This document shows, piece after piece, positions 24,783 through 35,172 of a DNA stretch of 64,000 bases. The notes beneath the pieces are model-generated. The model was not told the origin of the DNA, ran no database searches, and saw only the letters and a list, made by a program, of their open reading frames with translations. The DNA comes from Eledone cirrhosa (taxonomy: Eukaryota), in contig OZ024746.1 of the NCBI GenBank assembly GCA_964016885.1, positions 99,882,001-99,946,000 of the forward strand, read 5' to 3'. A program made the position numbers and the translations under genes. The number at the start of each line of letters is the position of its first letter. Within the stretch, counting starts at the first letter, position 1.

Positions 24783-26443
24783 TATATTTGTATAGCTAAA
24801 AGTAAATCCCTATACTTAGCTTTTGTTGACTTGGAAAATGCCTTTGACAGAGTCCCACGCCACATTATCTGGTGGGCTCTCAGAAAACTAGGTGTTGATG
24901 AATGGCTTGTGAGAGCTATACAAGCCATGTATAAAGAAACAGTCAGCAAGTTAGAATTAACAACGAATATAGTGAAGAGTTTAGCGTAAAAGTCGGTGTT
25001 CATCAGGGCTCTGTCCTTATCCCCCTCCTCTTTATTATTGCCCTTCAGACTATAACAGAAGAGTTCAAGACCGGCTGCCCATGGGAACTCCTATACGCAG
25101 ATGATCTAACGCTCATAGCTGAATCAATGGCTGAACTAGAGAAGAAATTCCAAACATGGAAGCATGGCCTAGAATCAAGAGGCCTTAAAATTAACTTGAC
25201 TAAGACTAAAGTTCTAGTATGTAGGAAGGAAAATAGGGCACTGGTCCCCTCTGGGAAATGGCCATGCTCAGTGTGTAGGAAAGGAGTAGGCAGAAACTCC
25301 ATTTTATGTCCCAAATGCAAAGTATGGTGCATAAAAGATGTAGTGGGATCACAGGTAAGCTAACTAAGAATATAGATTTTATATGTGGCAGGTGTTCAGG
25401 TACAATAAGTAGTAGCAAGTGCCCACAGGATACTAGCTCATTCCATTGCTCAGATGGTTCTATAGAAATAGTGGACACCTTCTGTTACCTGGGTGACAAA
25501 ATCAGCAATGGTGGAGGGTGCTCTGAAAGTACAGTAGCTAGAGTCAGAACGGGATGGAAAAAGTTCAGAGAGCTTATACCACTATTGGCCGCTAAAGGTT
25601 TCTCTCTAAAAATGAAAGGCAGGCTGTATGATGCCTGTATACGAACAGTAATGTTACATGACAGTGAGACATGGACATTGTGTGCAGAGGATCTACACAG
25701 ACTGGAGAGGAACGAAGCATGCATGCTCCGTTGGATGTGTAATAGTAATATACGTGAACGGCAAAGCATAAATGAACTAAGTGAGAAATTAGGAATAAGA
25801 GGGATCAGATGCTGTTTACTTGAGAGAAAACTACATTGGTATAGCCACGTGATGCGCATGAAAGACGACAGTTGTATAAAAAAGTGCAGGGCGATCAAAG
25901 TAGATGGTAGTTACGGAGTAGGCAGACCCAGAAAAACCTGGGACAACTTGATAAATTCCGACCTCACACACTTACATCTCTCCAAGACAATGTCACAGGA
26001 CCGAGATCTTTGGCGCTACACAGTAATACAGAAAACCCGCCTTGCCTAAGTACAAAGTGAAACTTACACTCAGTAGGCACCTCTTAACCAAATATACACC
26101 CCAACCCCCTACCCCATCCCCACCTACACCACCCCTTTCGATGTAAAGTTATGTTGGTACCAGAACATCCAGTCCTAAATAAATAAGGTCGTGTAGGTGT
26201 CACGACAAAAAAACACACAGTCCACGCTGTAATGTGGCCGTGTAGGTAACACGGTAAAAACCTCCCAGTCCACACTGTAAACGTGGTTGGGGTTAGGAAG
26301 GGCATCCAGCCATAGAAAACCTGCCAGACAGTCCTACACGAGCAAGACAACCAATCTTGCCTCAAGTGGGACAATTTCCGTCTAAGCCTATGCTAGCGTG
26401 GAAAATAGACGTTAAACGATGATGATGATGATGATGATGATGA
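24783..26443 (+). mobile_element. 5'-truncated RTE LINE, frameshifted; same subfamily as 18086-19440
   Basis: AFVDLENAFDRVP, YADDL; C-terminal ORF 25306-26049 closely matches 18587-19366; (GAT)n tail. Confidence 0.93.
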
Positions 26444-26681
26444 TATATATATATATATATGTTTCACCTTATACGGATCATTGGGTTGGTGGAATGGATT
26501 ACATCCGGATGTAATCCATTCTGCCGCGCAGATGATCCATATAAGGTGAAACAATTGTCCTCAACAATGGTTAATTAACTGTTGTGGAACTACATCTACC
26601 AAACTCGTCCCATGGACTGAGTGCTCTACTATTGTGGATATAACCCTCCAGTGTTCTACCTCCCTCTCTCTCTCTCTCTCT

Positions 26682-26739
<58 letters not shown>

Positions 26740-26970
26740 TGTATATATATGTATATATACAGAGAGAGAGAGAGAATATATTAGTGATCAGATTTGGTTA
26801 AGGGAAATCGAAGACTATGTCAACATGTAATGGTTTTTCACCTGACAAATGAATCATTTATTGTAGTATTTCTGTGGGTACAATGAAGGTCATTCCAGGA
26901 GTGTCTATATTTAATATAATAAGTAACATAAATATAACAACTCCACTGTTAAAAAACTAAAATTTATTAC

Positions 26971-27098
26971 ATAATTGACACGTTTCGCCAATCTACAGGT
27001 AGACAAAATCTAAAATGCTAGTCTGATGGGTTTTATAGGAAAATGCAATTTCCAATATTTTGTGACAGCACCATGGTAAATCAGCTCCTCAGATTTTA
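26971..27098 (-). ncRNA. Type I hammerhead-ribozyme-like motif (Penelope-type minimal core, long loop II)
   Basis: CUGAGGA, 10-bp stem II gcugauuuac/guagauuggc, then GAAACGUGUC. Stem I is weak. Confidence 0.5.
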
Positions 27099-27153
27099 TC
27101 AATGTTCACATTTATGCAGGGTGTCTATAATATAGATACATATACACACAGAG

Positions 27154-27267
27154 ATTGATAGGGCATGTCATTGTATAGGAATTAGGTTATATATAGCAGT
27201 CATATTGACATTTCTATATGACTGCTATATACAATCTAATTCCTATACAATAACATGTCCTATCAAT
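27154..27267. repeat. Inverted repeat, 52-bp arms with 4 mismatches, 10-nt loop
   Basis: Arms compared base by base. Confidence 0.9.
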
Positions 27268-27564
27268 ATATATATAACAGAAAAAAACGAATGGAATAAC
27301 AGCAACAACCATACCCAAACACACAATACTGACATAAGGGAAATATTAATAAATAAATAAATATATACACAAGTACAATAACAACAAACACATAAACACA
27401 CACTAGTGAACAAAGATAGAATACAAAAACACATACACTCAAACACGAACACACACACCAAACAGGAAACACACACGCAAATGCATGTGCAAACAAAGAC
27501 AGAGACAAGAATAAATAAATAAATAAAATTAAAATGGCATAGGCAATACAATACAATGGAAGGA

Positions 27565-27830
27565 AACATAATAGTACCATTGCTGATGTCACAGATGTGT
27601 GATGAAAGAACTTTGATAGACTATATATATATATATATATTTATATCTGTATTTCTAACGGTTGGTCACTCAATGATAAACATTGATTGCCAGGTAAATT
27701 AACTATGGAGATATAAAAGATACAGAAGTGAAAACCAATCCAAACCAAACAGTGAGTGTGTTCTATTATTATTTCTGGCAATATTATAACAATATGACCC
27801 TCCCCAAATATAACGATATATATGTATATA
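27565..27830 (+). mobile_element. About 250-bp dispersed element with a decayed hammerhead-like core; second copy at 43850-44090
   Basis: Colinear similarity of the two copies; combined core reads tatca-CTGATGA-t-gtcac..gtgac-GAAAGAACTC-tgata. Confidence 0.65.
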
Positions 27831-28199
27831 TATATATATATTTGAAAAGGGAATAAGGTTCTATACAAAACAATGGTTATAGAGAAAGTGGAATTGGAAA
27901 AAGCACGGAAATATATATTTAAGGATCTGTTTTTCTTTTTTTCTTCTTTGATTCATCAAAGTGACATTATTGAAAAAATGTGGGGGACAATTCTTTCAAA
28001 AAAAGAGTTTTATAATGTATATTAAATATATAAAATATCACCGGTTTCGATGTATCAGTGAAATCTATCTTATCAAATGTTGGATATTACAATTAAAAAG
28101 AATTAAAAATTAAGTTTTGGGGCAAGTTTGTTCATCTTTCTTGTTGAGAAGAAGACTGGATCTAAAATGGAATCTTATGTATAGAGAGAGAGGTAGTTA

Positions 28200-28260
<61 letters not shown>

Positions 28261-28792
28261 GGTGGTTGTATTTTTTCACACAGGACAAAAATATTTTTAG
28301 GGAGAGGGAAATTTTCTGTAAATATGTGCGTGTATCTCAATTGTGTTAATGGACTGGTCAAGAGTTCAGATGGGGTGGCGAGGAGGGGAAATGTAAGCTA
28401 GAGACAAATTCTATGGGTGGTAGAGGTAAATGGGATTGGCAAAGGTTATACTGAGTAATTTTTTAATTTGGTGACAAAATCTTACATGATTCCAATTCTG
28501 AATATCTCTCAAGAACATGAAATAATTGTAAAAATTCCATTCTTCTCAATATAAATTTTCTTTCTGTTTTTTTTATTCTTTTTCTATTAAACTGTATTTA
28601 CATGATATATTCCATAAATAAAATTATTTAAACAAGATTGAAAGAAAAAATATAATTACATAAGTCATTGAGAAAAAACAATTGACGCACATGTTTTTAT
28701 ATACACATGTGTGAAATAATCACTGCAGATATTTTAACACCTTATTTATCATATTTCCTGAAATCTATTTTATGTAAGTTATATCAACTTAC

Positions 28793-28901
28793 CATATTAT
28801 TTCCCAAGCAGTATCCACTAGGATTAATTTTTTCATTTTTAAGCATTTCCACAACTTTGTCTTTTTCTTCTGTTGGTTTGCAGTATTTGGAAAGACTAAA
28901 T
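28793..28901 (-). CDS. CHS: Exon C (109 nt), myosin converter: FSLSKYCKPTEEKDKVVEMLKNEKINPSGYCLGNNM
   Basis: Acceptor ttttcaag, donor ATG/gtaagt, phase 2-0. YCLGNNM|IFLK corresponds to myosin Y..GKTK|VFLK. Confidence 0.85.
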
Positions 28902-29769
28902 CTTGAAAATTGAAATGAAAAAGAAATTTAGTATATATATTTACCTGTATTTCTTATTCAGTAGGGTTTTATTCATCTCAAAGCTATAAGATTTGTTAGT
29001 CACTATCTGAAATAGCAACTAATACTAAAAATGGTCCCTATCGGTCACAAATGACCATGGTTTTGTGCCTAGAAAGTTTCACCTAGAAAGTTTCACAAAC
29101 CTTGTTTGTAGAAGACTAGCAGTCACCATTTATATCAGTCTCCCCTCTCCATGTCACCAATGTTATCCGAGGGAAAGGCAAAGGCTGATACAGCTTGGCA
29201 CGAATGATGTCTCAATTCATTTCTACAGCTCAGTAAACTGGAGCAACGTGAAATAAAGTGTCTTGCTGAAGGACACAACACATCACCCGGTCCGAGAATT
29301 GAACTCACAACCTCTCAATTGCAAGCCATGTGCTCTAACCACTAACACTAGAAGAGAAGCTAATACTGACAAATTTATTTCAGATTCACTCCACAAGAAA
29401 AACAATGATGCAAATGTACAATAGAACCAGTCACAACCTTACATTTCGATATACAGCAACCATGTAGGAGAATGCTAGAAAGGGACTGTTGAATCACTCT
29501 CAGAATTGTTAATCATGATAATTAGTAAATACAGATCTCTATCTTTCTCTCTCTCTCTCTGTCTCTCTCTCTCTCTATCACACACACACACACATACACA
29601 GAGTAAACAATATCAATACATTATGATATTTACCATTCTTCTAGGGTCTAATATAAAAGATGTAGACGGATAACGAGTACACTAACAGGAAGGGAGAAGT
29701 TTACATGTAGAAGATGCAAAGGAGTAATAGAGAGGAGGAGTGCCAATAATATAAACCTTTTCCAGTCAC

Positions 29770-31370
29770 AGGAAGGATCCAAAGACGTGGTTGATAGCTT
29801 CTGCTACTTAGGTGACTTAGCAGAATAAGGAAAGGATGGAAGAAGTTTAGAGAACTACTCCCACTGTTGACAACAAAAAGGTTTCTCCCCATGAAACACC
29901 TGTGTGTGGTGTACAATGCTGTATGGTAGTGAAACATAGGCTGTAACTGCAGGGCACATGTGGTGCTAGATGGTAGTGAAACATAGGCTGTAACTGCAGG
30001 GGACATGCGGTGCTACATGGTAGTGAAACATAGGCTGTAACTGCAGGGGACATGTGGTGCTACATGGTAGTGAAATATAGGCTGTAACTGCAGGGGACAT
30101 GTGGTGCTACATGGTAGTGAAACATAGGCTGTAACTGCAGGGGACATGTGGTGCTACATGGTAGTGAAACATAGGCTGTAACTGCAGGGGACATGTGGTG
30201 CTACATGGTAGTGAAACAGTCTGTAACTGCAGGGGACATGTGATGCTACATGGTAGTGAAACATAGGCTGAAACTGCAGGGGACATGTGGTGCTACATGG
30301 TAGTGAAATATAGGCTGTAACTGCAGGGGACATGTGGTGCTACATGGTAGTGAAACAGGCTGTAACTGCAGGGGACATGTGGTGCTACATGGTAGTGAAA
30401 CATAGGCTGTAACTGCAGGGGACATGTGGTGCTACATGGTAGTGAAACAGTCTGTAACTGCAGGGGACATGTGATGCTACATGGTAGTGAAACATAGGCT
30501 GAAACTGCAGGGGACATGTGGTGCTACATGGTAGTGAAATATAGGCTGTAACTGCAGGGGACATGCGGTGCTACATGGTAGTGAAACATAGGCTGTAACT
30601 GCAGGGGACATGTGGTGCTACATGGTAGTGAAACATAGGCTGTAACTGCAGGTTACATGTGGTGCTACATGGTAGTGAAACATAGGCTGTAACTGCAAGG
30701 GACATGTGGTACTACATGGTAGTGAAACATAGGCTGAAACTGCAGGGGACATGTGGTGCTACATGGTAGTGAAATATAGGCTGTAACTGCAGGGGACATG
30801 CGGTGCTACATGGTAGTGAAACATAGGCTGTAACTGCAGGGGACATGTGGTGCTACATGGTAGTGAAATATAGGCTGTAACTGCAGGGGACATGCGGTGC
30901 TACATGGTAGTGAAACATAGGCTGTAACTGCAGAGGACATGTGGTGCTACATGGTAGTGAAACATAGGCTGTAACTGCAGGGTACATGTGGTGCTACATG
31001 GTAGTGAAACATAGGTTGTAACTGCAAGGGACATGTGTCAACTAGAGAGAAAAGAAATAACAATGTTTCATTGGATGTGTAATTTAAGTGTGAGAGAAAG
31101 GCAGAGCTTGGATGAGTTGAAGGAGAAGATGGGTTTAAGAGGTGGTGTGCAGGAGAGAAGACTGCATTGGTATGGACATGTGATGTGCATGGACAATGAC
31201 TGATGGGTGAAAATGCCAGGAAATCCCAGTTGAAAGAGTTTGCAGTATAGGACGGGCTAGAAAGATCTGGACAGAGGTTCTAAGAGTGAGCCTCAAATTG
31301 CTAAGACTGGCAGAGGAGATGATGAAGGAACGCAACAAGTGAAGAGATTACATGCTGAGAAGGACCCATT
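29770..31370 (+). mobile_element. Decayed RTE fragment containing a 47-bp tandem array (about 29917-31038, about 24 units)
   Basis: Unit tgctacatggtagtgaaacataggctgtaactgcaggggacatgtgg equals the RTE LHGSETWAVTAEDM coding segment; RTE sequence flanks both sides. Confidence 0.9.
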
Positions 31371-32592
31371 CAATCTTTTCATCATCATCATCTAATGTCT
31401 ATTCTTCCATGCTTGAATGGGTCAGAAGGATTGTCTGCATTATAAGACAAGTCTGGCCAGCAGGCCATACCTTGCTTAGATGGAACTATATTTTGGCTGG
31501 AATTTTTACAGCTTGATGCCCTTCCTAAGACCAACCAAATTTACAGTGTGGAAATGGGTGGTCTCATTTATGAGGGAGTTCTGGCCAGTTGGCCATGCCA
31601 TGCCTTGCTCATAGTGTGTGGAACTGGATGGTACCATTGTGAGGCAAGTCTGGCCAATAGGCCATGTCATGCATTGTTCAAAACGGGACTGTATTTTGGC
31701 AGGGAATTTTACAACTGGATGCCCTTCCTAACACCACCCACATTTACAGTATGGAGCTGGGTAGTCCTGTTATAAGACAAGTCTGGCTGCACCGTAACTT
31801 GCTCAAATGGCATTGTATTTTGGCTGAGGTTTTTACAGATTGATGCCCTTCATAACACCAACCGTGCTTACCATGGGTATCTAAGCAATAGTTGCAATAA
31901 CCCTAACCAAACATCATATGGAGAACATTATTAACTGATTAAACAATATTTTTCTACTATATTTATTTTGTCTAGAAAGAAGCCAATTTCCCTTTTACTC
32001 CAAGATATGAATAGAAATTTAATATAAGACTAAACAGATTAACAGTAGTACAACCACCATATTACTTCAATTTAGTGAAAACTTATCAATACTTGAATGT
32101 TTTTCCATACACTAACACATATGTATATATGTGTGTGAGTGTGGGTATATGCATATGAATACATTTATATGTATGAGTATATAAATATAAATGTGCAAAC
32201 ACAGACACGCTTACAAAAATATACACTCACAGACATACATTCACACAAACACACACATACATTCACACATACATTCATACACACACACACATACATTTAC
32301 ACAAACACCCACATACATTCACATACAGTGTAGTTTTTCACCATCCCCTTCCTTCCTCTTACACACATTCACGCAGACAGCAGATGTAAAGAGAGAGGAG
32401 TAGTATGAGGTAGTCAAACTACTCCCTTCTTTTTACATGTTGTGACAGAAATTTATATATAGATTCGGAAGTATGTTTGGAATGTGGTGAATGAAGTTTA
32501 GAATTGAAATAGAAATAGAAGCTTCACCATAACATTGACTAAATATACAGTCTAATAATGAGGCATGTAAACCCACTGAACAAAAACAGATG

Positions 32593-32663
32593 GATTCATT
32601 GGTGTAATGGTTGAGTACTCATCTCGCAAATGAGAGATGTGGGTTCAACTCCCATATGTGCTG
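32593..32663 (+). pseudogene. tRNA-like sequence (anticodon CGC, Ala-like) with a poor acceptor stem, inside inverted repeats
   Basis: A box tggtgtaatgg, anticodon arm CTCAT-CTCGCAA-ATGAG, T arm GTGGG-TTCAACT-CCCAT. Confidence 0.6.
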
Positions 32664-32949
32664 ATACACATCATTTTCCATTCAGTGGGTTTGGCAGTAT
32701 CGGTAAAACAACATGCTTAGCTACAGAGAGTTACAGGTCTTTACATTCTAATTTCAAATCCTACCGAGGTTAGCTTTGCCTTTCAATCCTTACAGGGTTA
32801 ATAAAATAAAGTACCAGTCATACACTGGGGTCGATTTAATTGACTTTCCACTCCCCCCAAAACTGCTGGCCTTGTGCCTAAATCAGAAACCATTATTAGA
32901 CTATATTGTTTGGTCAATGTTGCGACAAATTTCAGATAAATATAATTAC

Positions 32950-33099
32950 ATATGAAGAAATTCCGAGTATGTTTTCCTGTTTGGATATCCAGTTTTGCAC
33001 ATTTCTGCAGCATGTGCAATTCCTGTGTAAAGAAGCTGCTTCTTTACTAAATCTTCCTCCATAAAATCTTCTTTGTTTGTGCTATTTGATCGAATGCAC
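32950..33099 (-). CDS. CHS: Exon B (150 nt), myosin SH2/SH1 helix region: CIRSNSTNKEDFMEEDLVKKQLLYTGIAHAAEMCKTGYPNRKTYSEFLH
   Basis: Acceptor ttattttacag, donor gtaatt, phase 2-2. Aligns by eye to the myosin consensus CIKPN..V..QLRY.G......GYP.R..F.EF. Confidence 0.92.
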
Positions 33100-33160
33100 C
33101 TGTAAAATAATATAAAATATGTAGATAAACTGCTTTAAAAAATTCTATGTACCAGAAGTG

Positions 33161-33496
33161 CAGTGGAATTCCATTATAACGAAATTCATTGGAAATAAAA
33201 AAAAATTTGTTGTAAAATTTGTTGAAAAATTCTTTATAACGAGATCATGTGGCCTGTATAATTTCATTATACAGGTAAAATTCCGTTATAACGAATACCA
33301 TTATAACGAATTTTTCAGTATAATGACATTTTTTCAATCCCTGGCTGCACACTTGATGTGTTTCGGTTGATCTCGTTATAAAGAATTTCATTACAATTTT
33401 TTTTCTTTTTATACCCCGTGAATTTCGATATAACGGAATTTCACTGTACTGAAAGATTCTTTATAGTAGTTTTTGTTATACGGGAATTTTACCTGT
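33161..33496. mobile_element. Overlapping or nested pogo/Tigger-like MITEs
   Basis: TIR pairs cagtggaattccattataacgaaattc / gaatttcgatataacggaatttcactg and caggtaaaattccgttataac / gttatacgggaatttacctg. Confidence 0.65.
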
Positions 33497-33861
33497 GTAT
33501 ATACTGACCATAAATAATACAGAGGAAGTGAAGTATAATTGTCTTTATTAAAATATGAGCATATAAAAATGCAGAACGATAAATGAAAACAATTTGTAAT
33601 TTGTTCTTGGGTCGTGAATAATGCCACCCCACCACCACCATGTGCCAAAAGTAGAAACAATCATTATTATTATTGGCAGTATCGGTAGAGGGTCGGGACG
33701 CCATGCTTTGAAGCATAGTTACCTCCCTTTATGATCTGAGTTCAAATCCCGCCGAGGTTAACTTTGCCTTTCATCCTTACGGGGTCGATAAAATAAAGTA
33801 CCAGTAATACACTGGAAAATTGCTGGCCTTGTGCCAAAAGTAGAAACAATTATTATTAACG

Positions 33862-35172
33862 AGCAGAGTAGGCAGTCTAACCCCAAAATCATCTACTACC
33901 GCCCGGCCGTCGTGCCTTGCCACCGTCCACGCCTCGTCAAATTGGAACGGCTCCTCTTCAAATTCTTGTGGAAGGGACAAGTTCCGTTGGTGAGGCAGTC
34001 CATCTGCTGCCAGCACCCTCTACACGGAGGGCTGGGCATGCCGTGACTAATGATGCGCAAACATGCGCTGAGGCAGCGACATCTCCAGATATTCTGCCTA
34101 AACGGTGACAGGTGTGGTCGCTGTTTATCAGACAGGCCTTTCCGCAGCTCATTTCTTTGACTGAGCTGCAGTCCCGGGTCAAGAAGAGACCGAGACTGGG
34201 TGACTGGCACCTGGAATGTTGCCAGGCACTCACTGCCCTCTACCAGGTGGGCAATGCGATCAGTGTAACTTCCACTCTCGAGTTCTATAGAGGATTAGTG
34301 GTGGGCAAGTGCGATGATGCTTTGGGCCTCAGCGAAGTCGAACTGACCAGTCTGTACCAGAAGATTTTTGAGCCGGTGACGATGGACAATTTCCAGATTT
34401 GCCTCGCTTAGCAGTGCTACCGGGGGGCACTGCCAGTTCGGGATAAACTCTACAGGCACGGAAGTGCTGTCAGATGGACCTGCCCAAGATGCGCACAGAG
34501 TAACGAAAAGGTTCTGCACACACTTGTCCAATGTCCGTGTATTACTGACCTGTGGAGTTATGTCGAACAGCTACTGTTGCGTATGGAATGGATCCAGCTA
34601 TCGGCCGAGTCTATAGTGAAGATCGATCCACCGCCTTCCTTAGGTCAGGAAGAGCAGGCAATTTTCCTCTGTCTGGTGGCAGTTGCGAAAGAGGTTATAT
34701 GGTGGACCAGATTAAAAGGACTGAAGACAGACACCTTTCTCTTCGGCCAATCCCTCATCAACTTCTTCAAGTTTCACCTGGAAAAGAAGGTGAGGGTGGA
34801 GAGAGAAGTGCTGCCCCCCCCCCCTCCAGTACATTTGCTAAAAGATGGATGAATGTGGCGAGAATGGCCCATGTGAATGGGCCTACTCGGAACATGCGCC
34901 TATAGGATAGTTAACTTGGGTGCCCTAGAAGCGCAGGGTGGTTCAAGATTCGTGGGGTACCTGAGTCACCCCTAGGTCGTCCACCCCTATAGGGGAATTT
35001 ATTTTGTTATATTTGTGCATAGTTTATTTTATATTTTTTATATCTTCATTGTTAAATTAGTCTTGCCATTGTGCACTTTTACTCGACCTTATTGTAAACC
35101 CCCACTGTCCCTGTCTTTGTATTGTCCCCTACATGTCGGCCCTTGTGGCTAATAAATGAAATCATTATTATT
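33862..35172 (+). mobile_element. Tx1/L1-like LINE 3' fragment
   Basis: Colinear with 38104-39510, with internal deletions; AATAAA and (ATT)n end. Confidence 0.9.

Noticed and set aside
32593-32663. Functional tRNA-Ala(CGC)
   Set aside because: The acceptor stem pairs poorly (gattcat/atgtgct), so it is kept only as tRNA-like.
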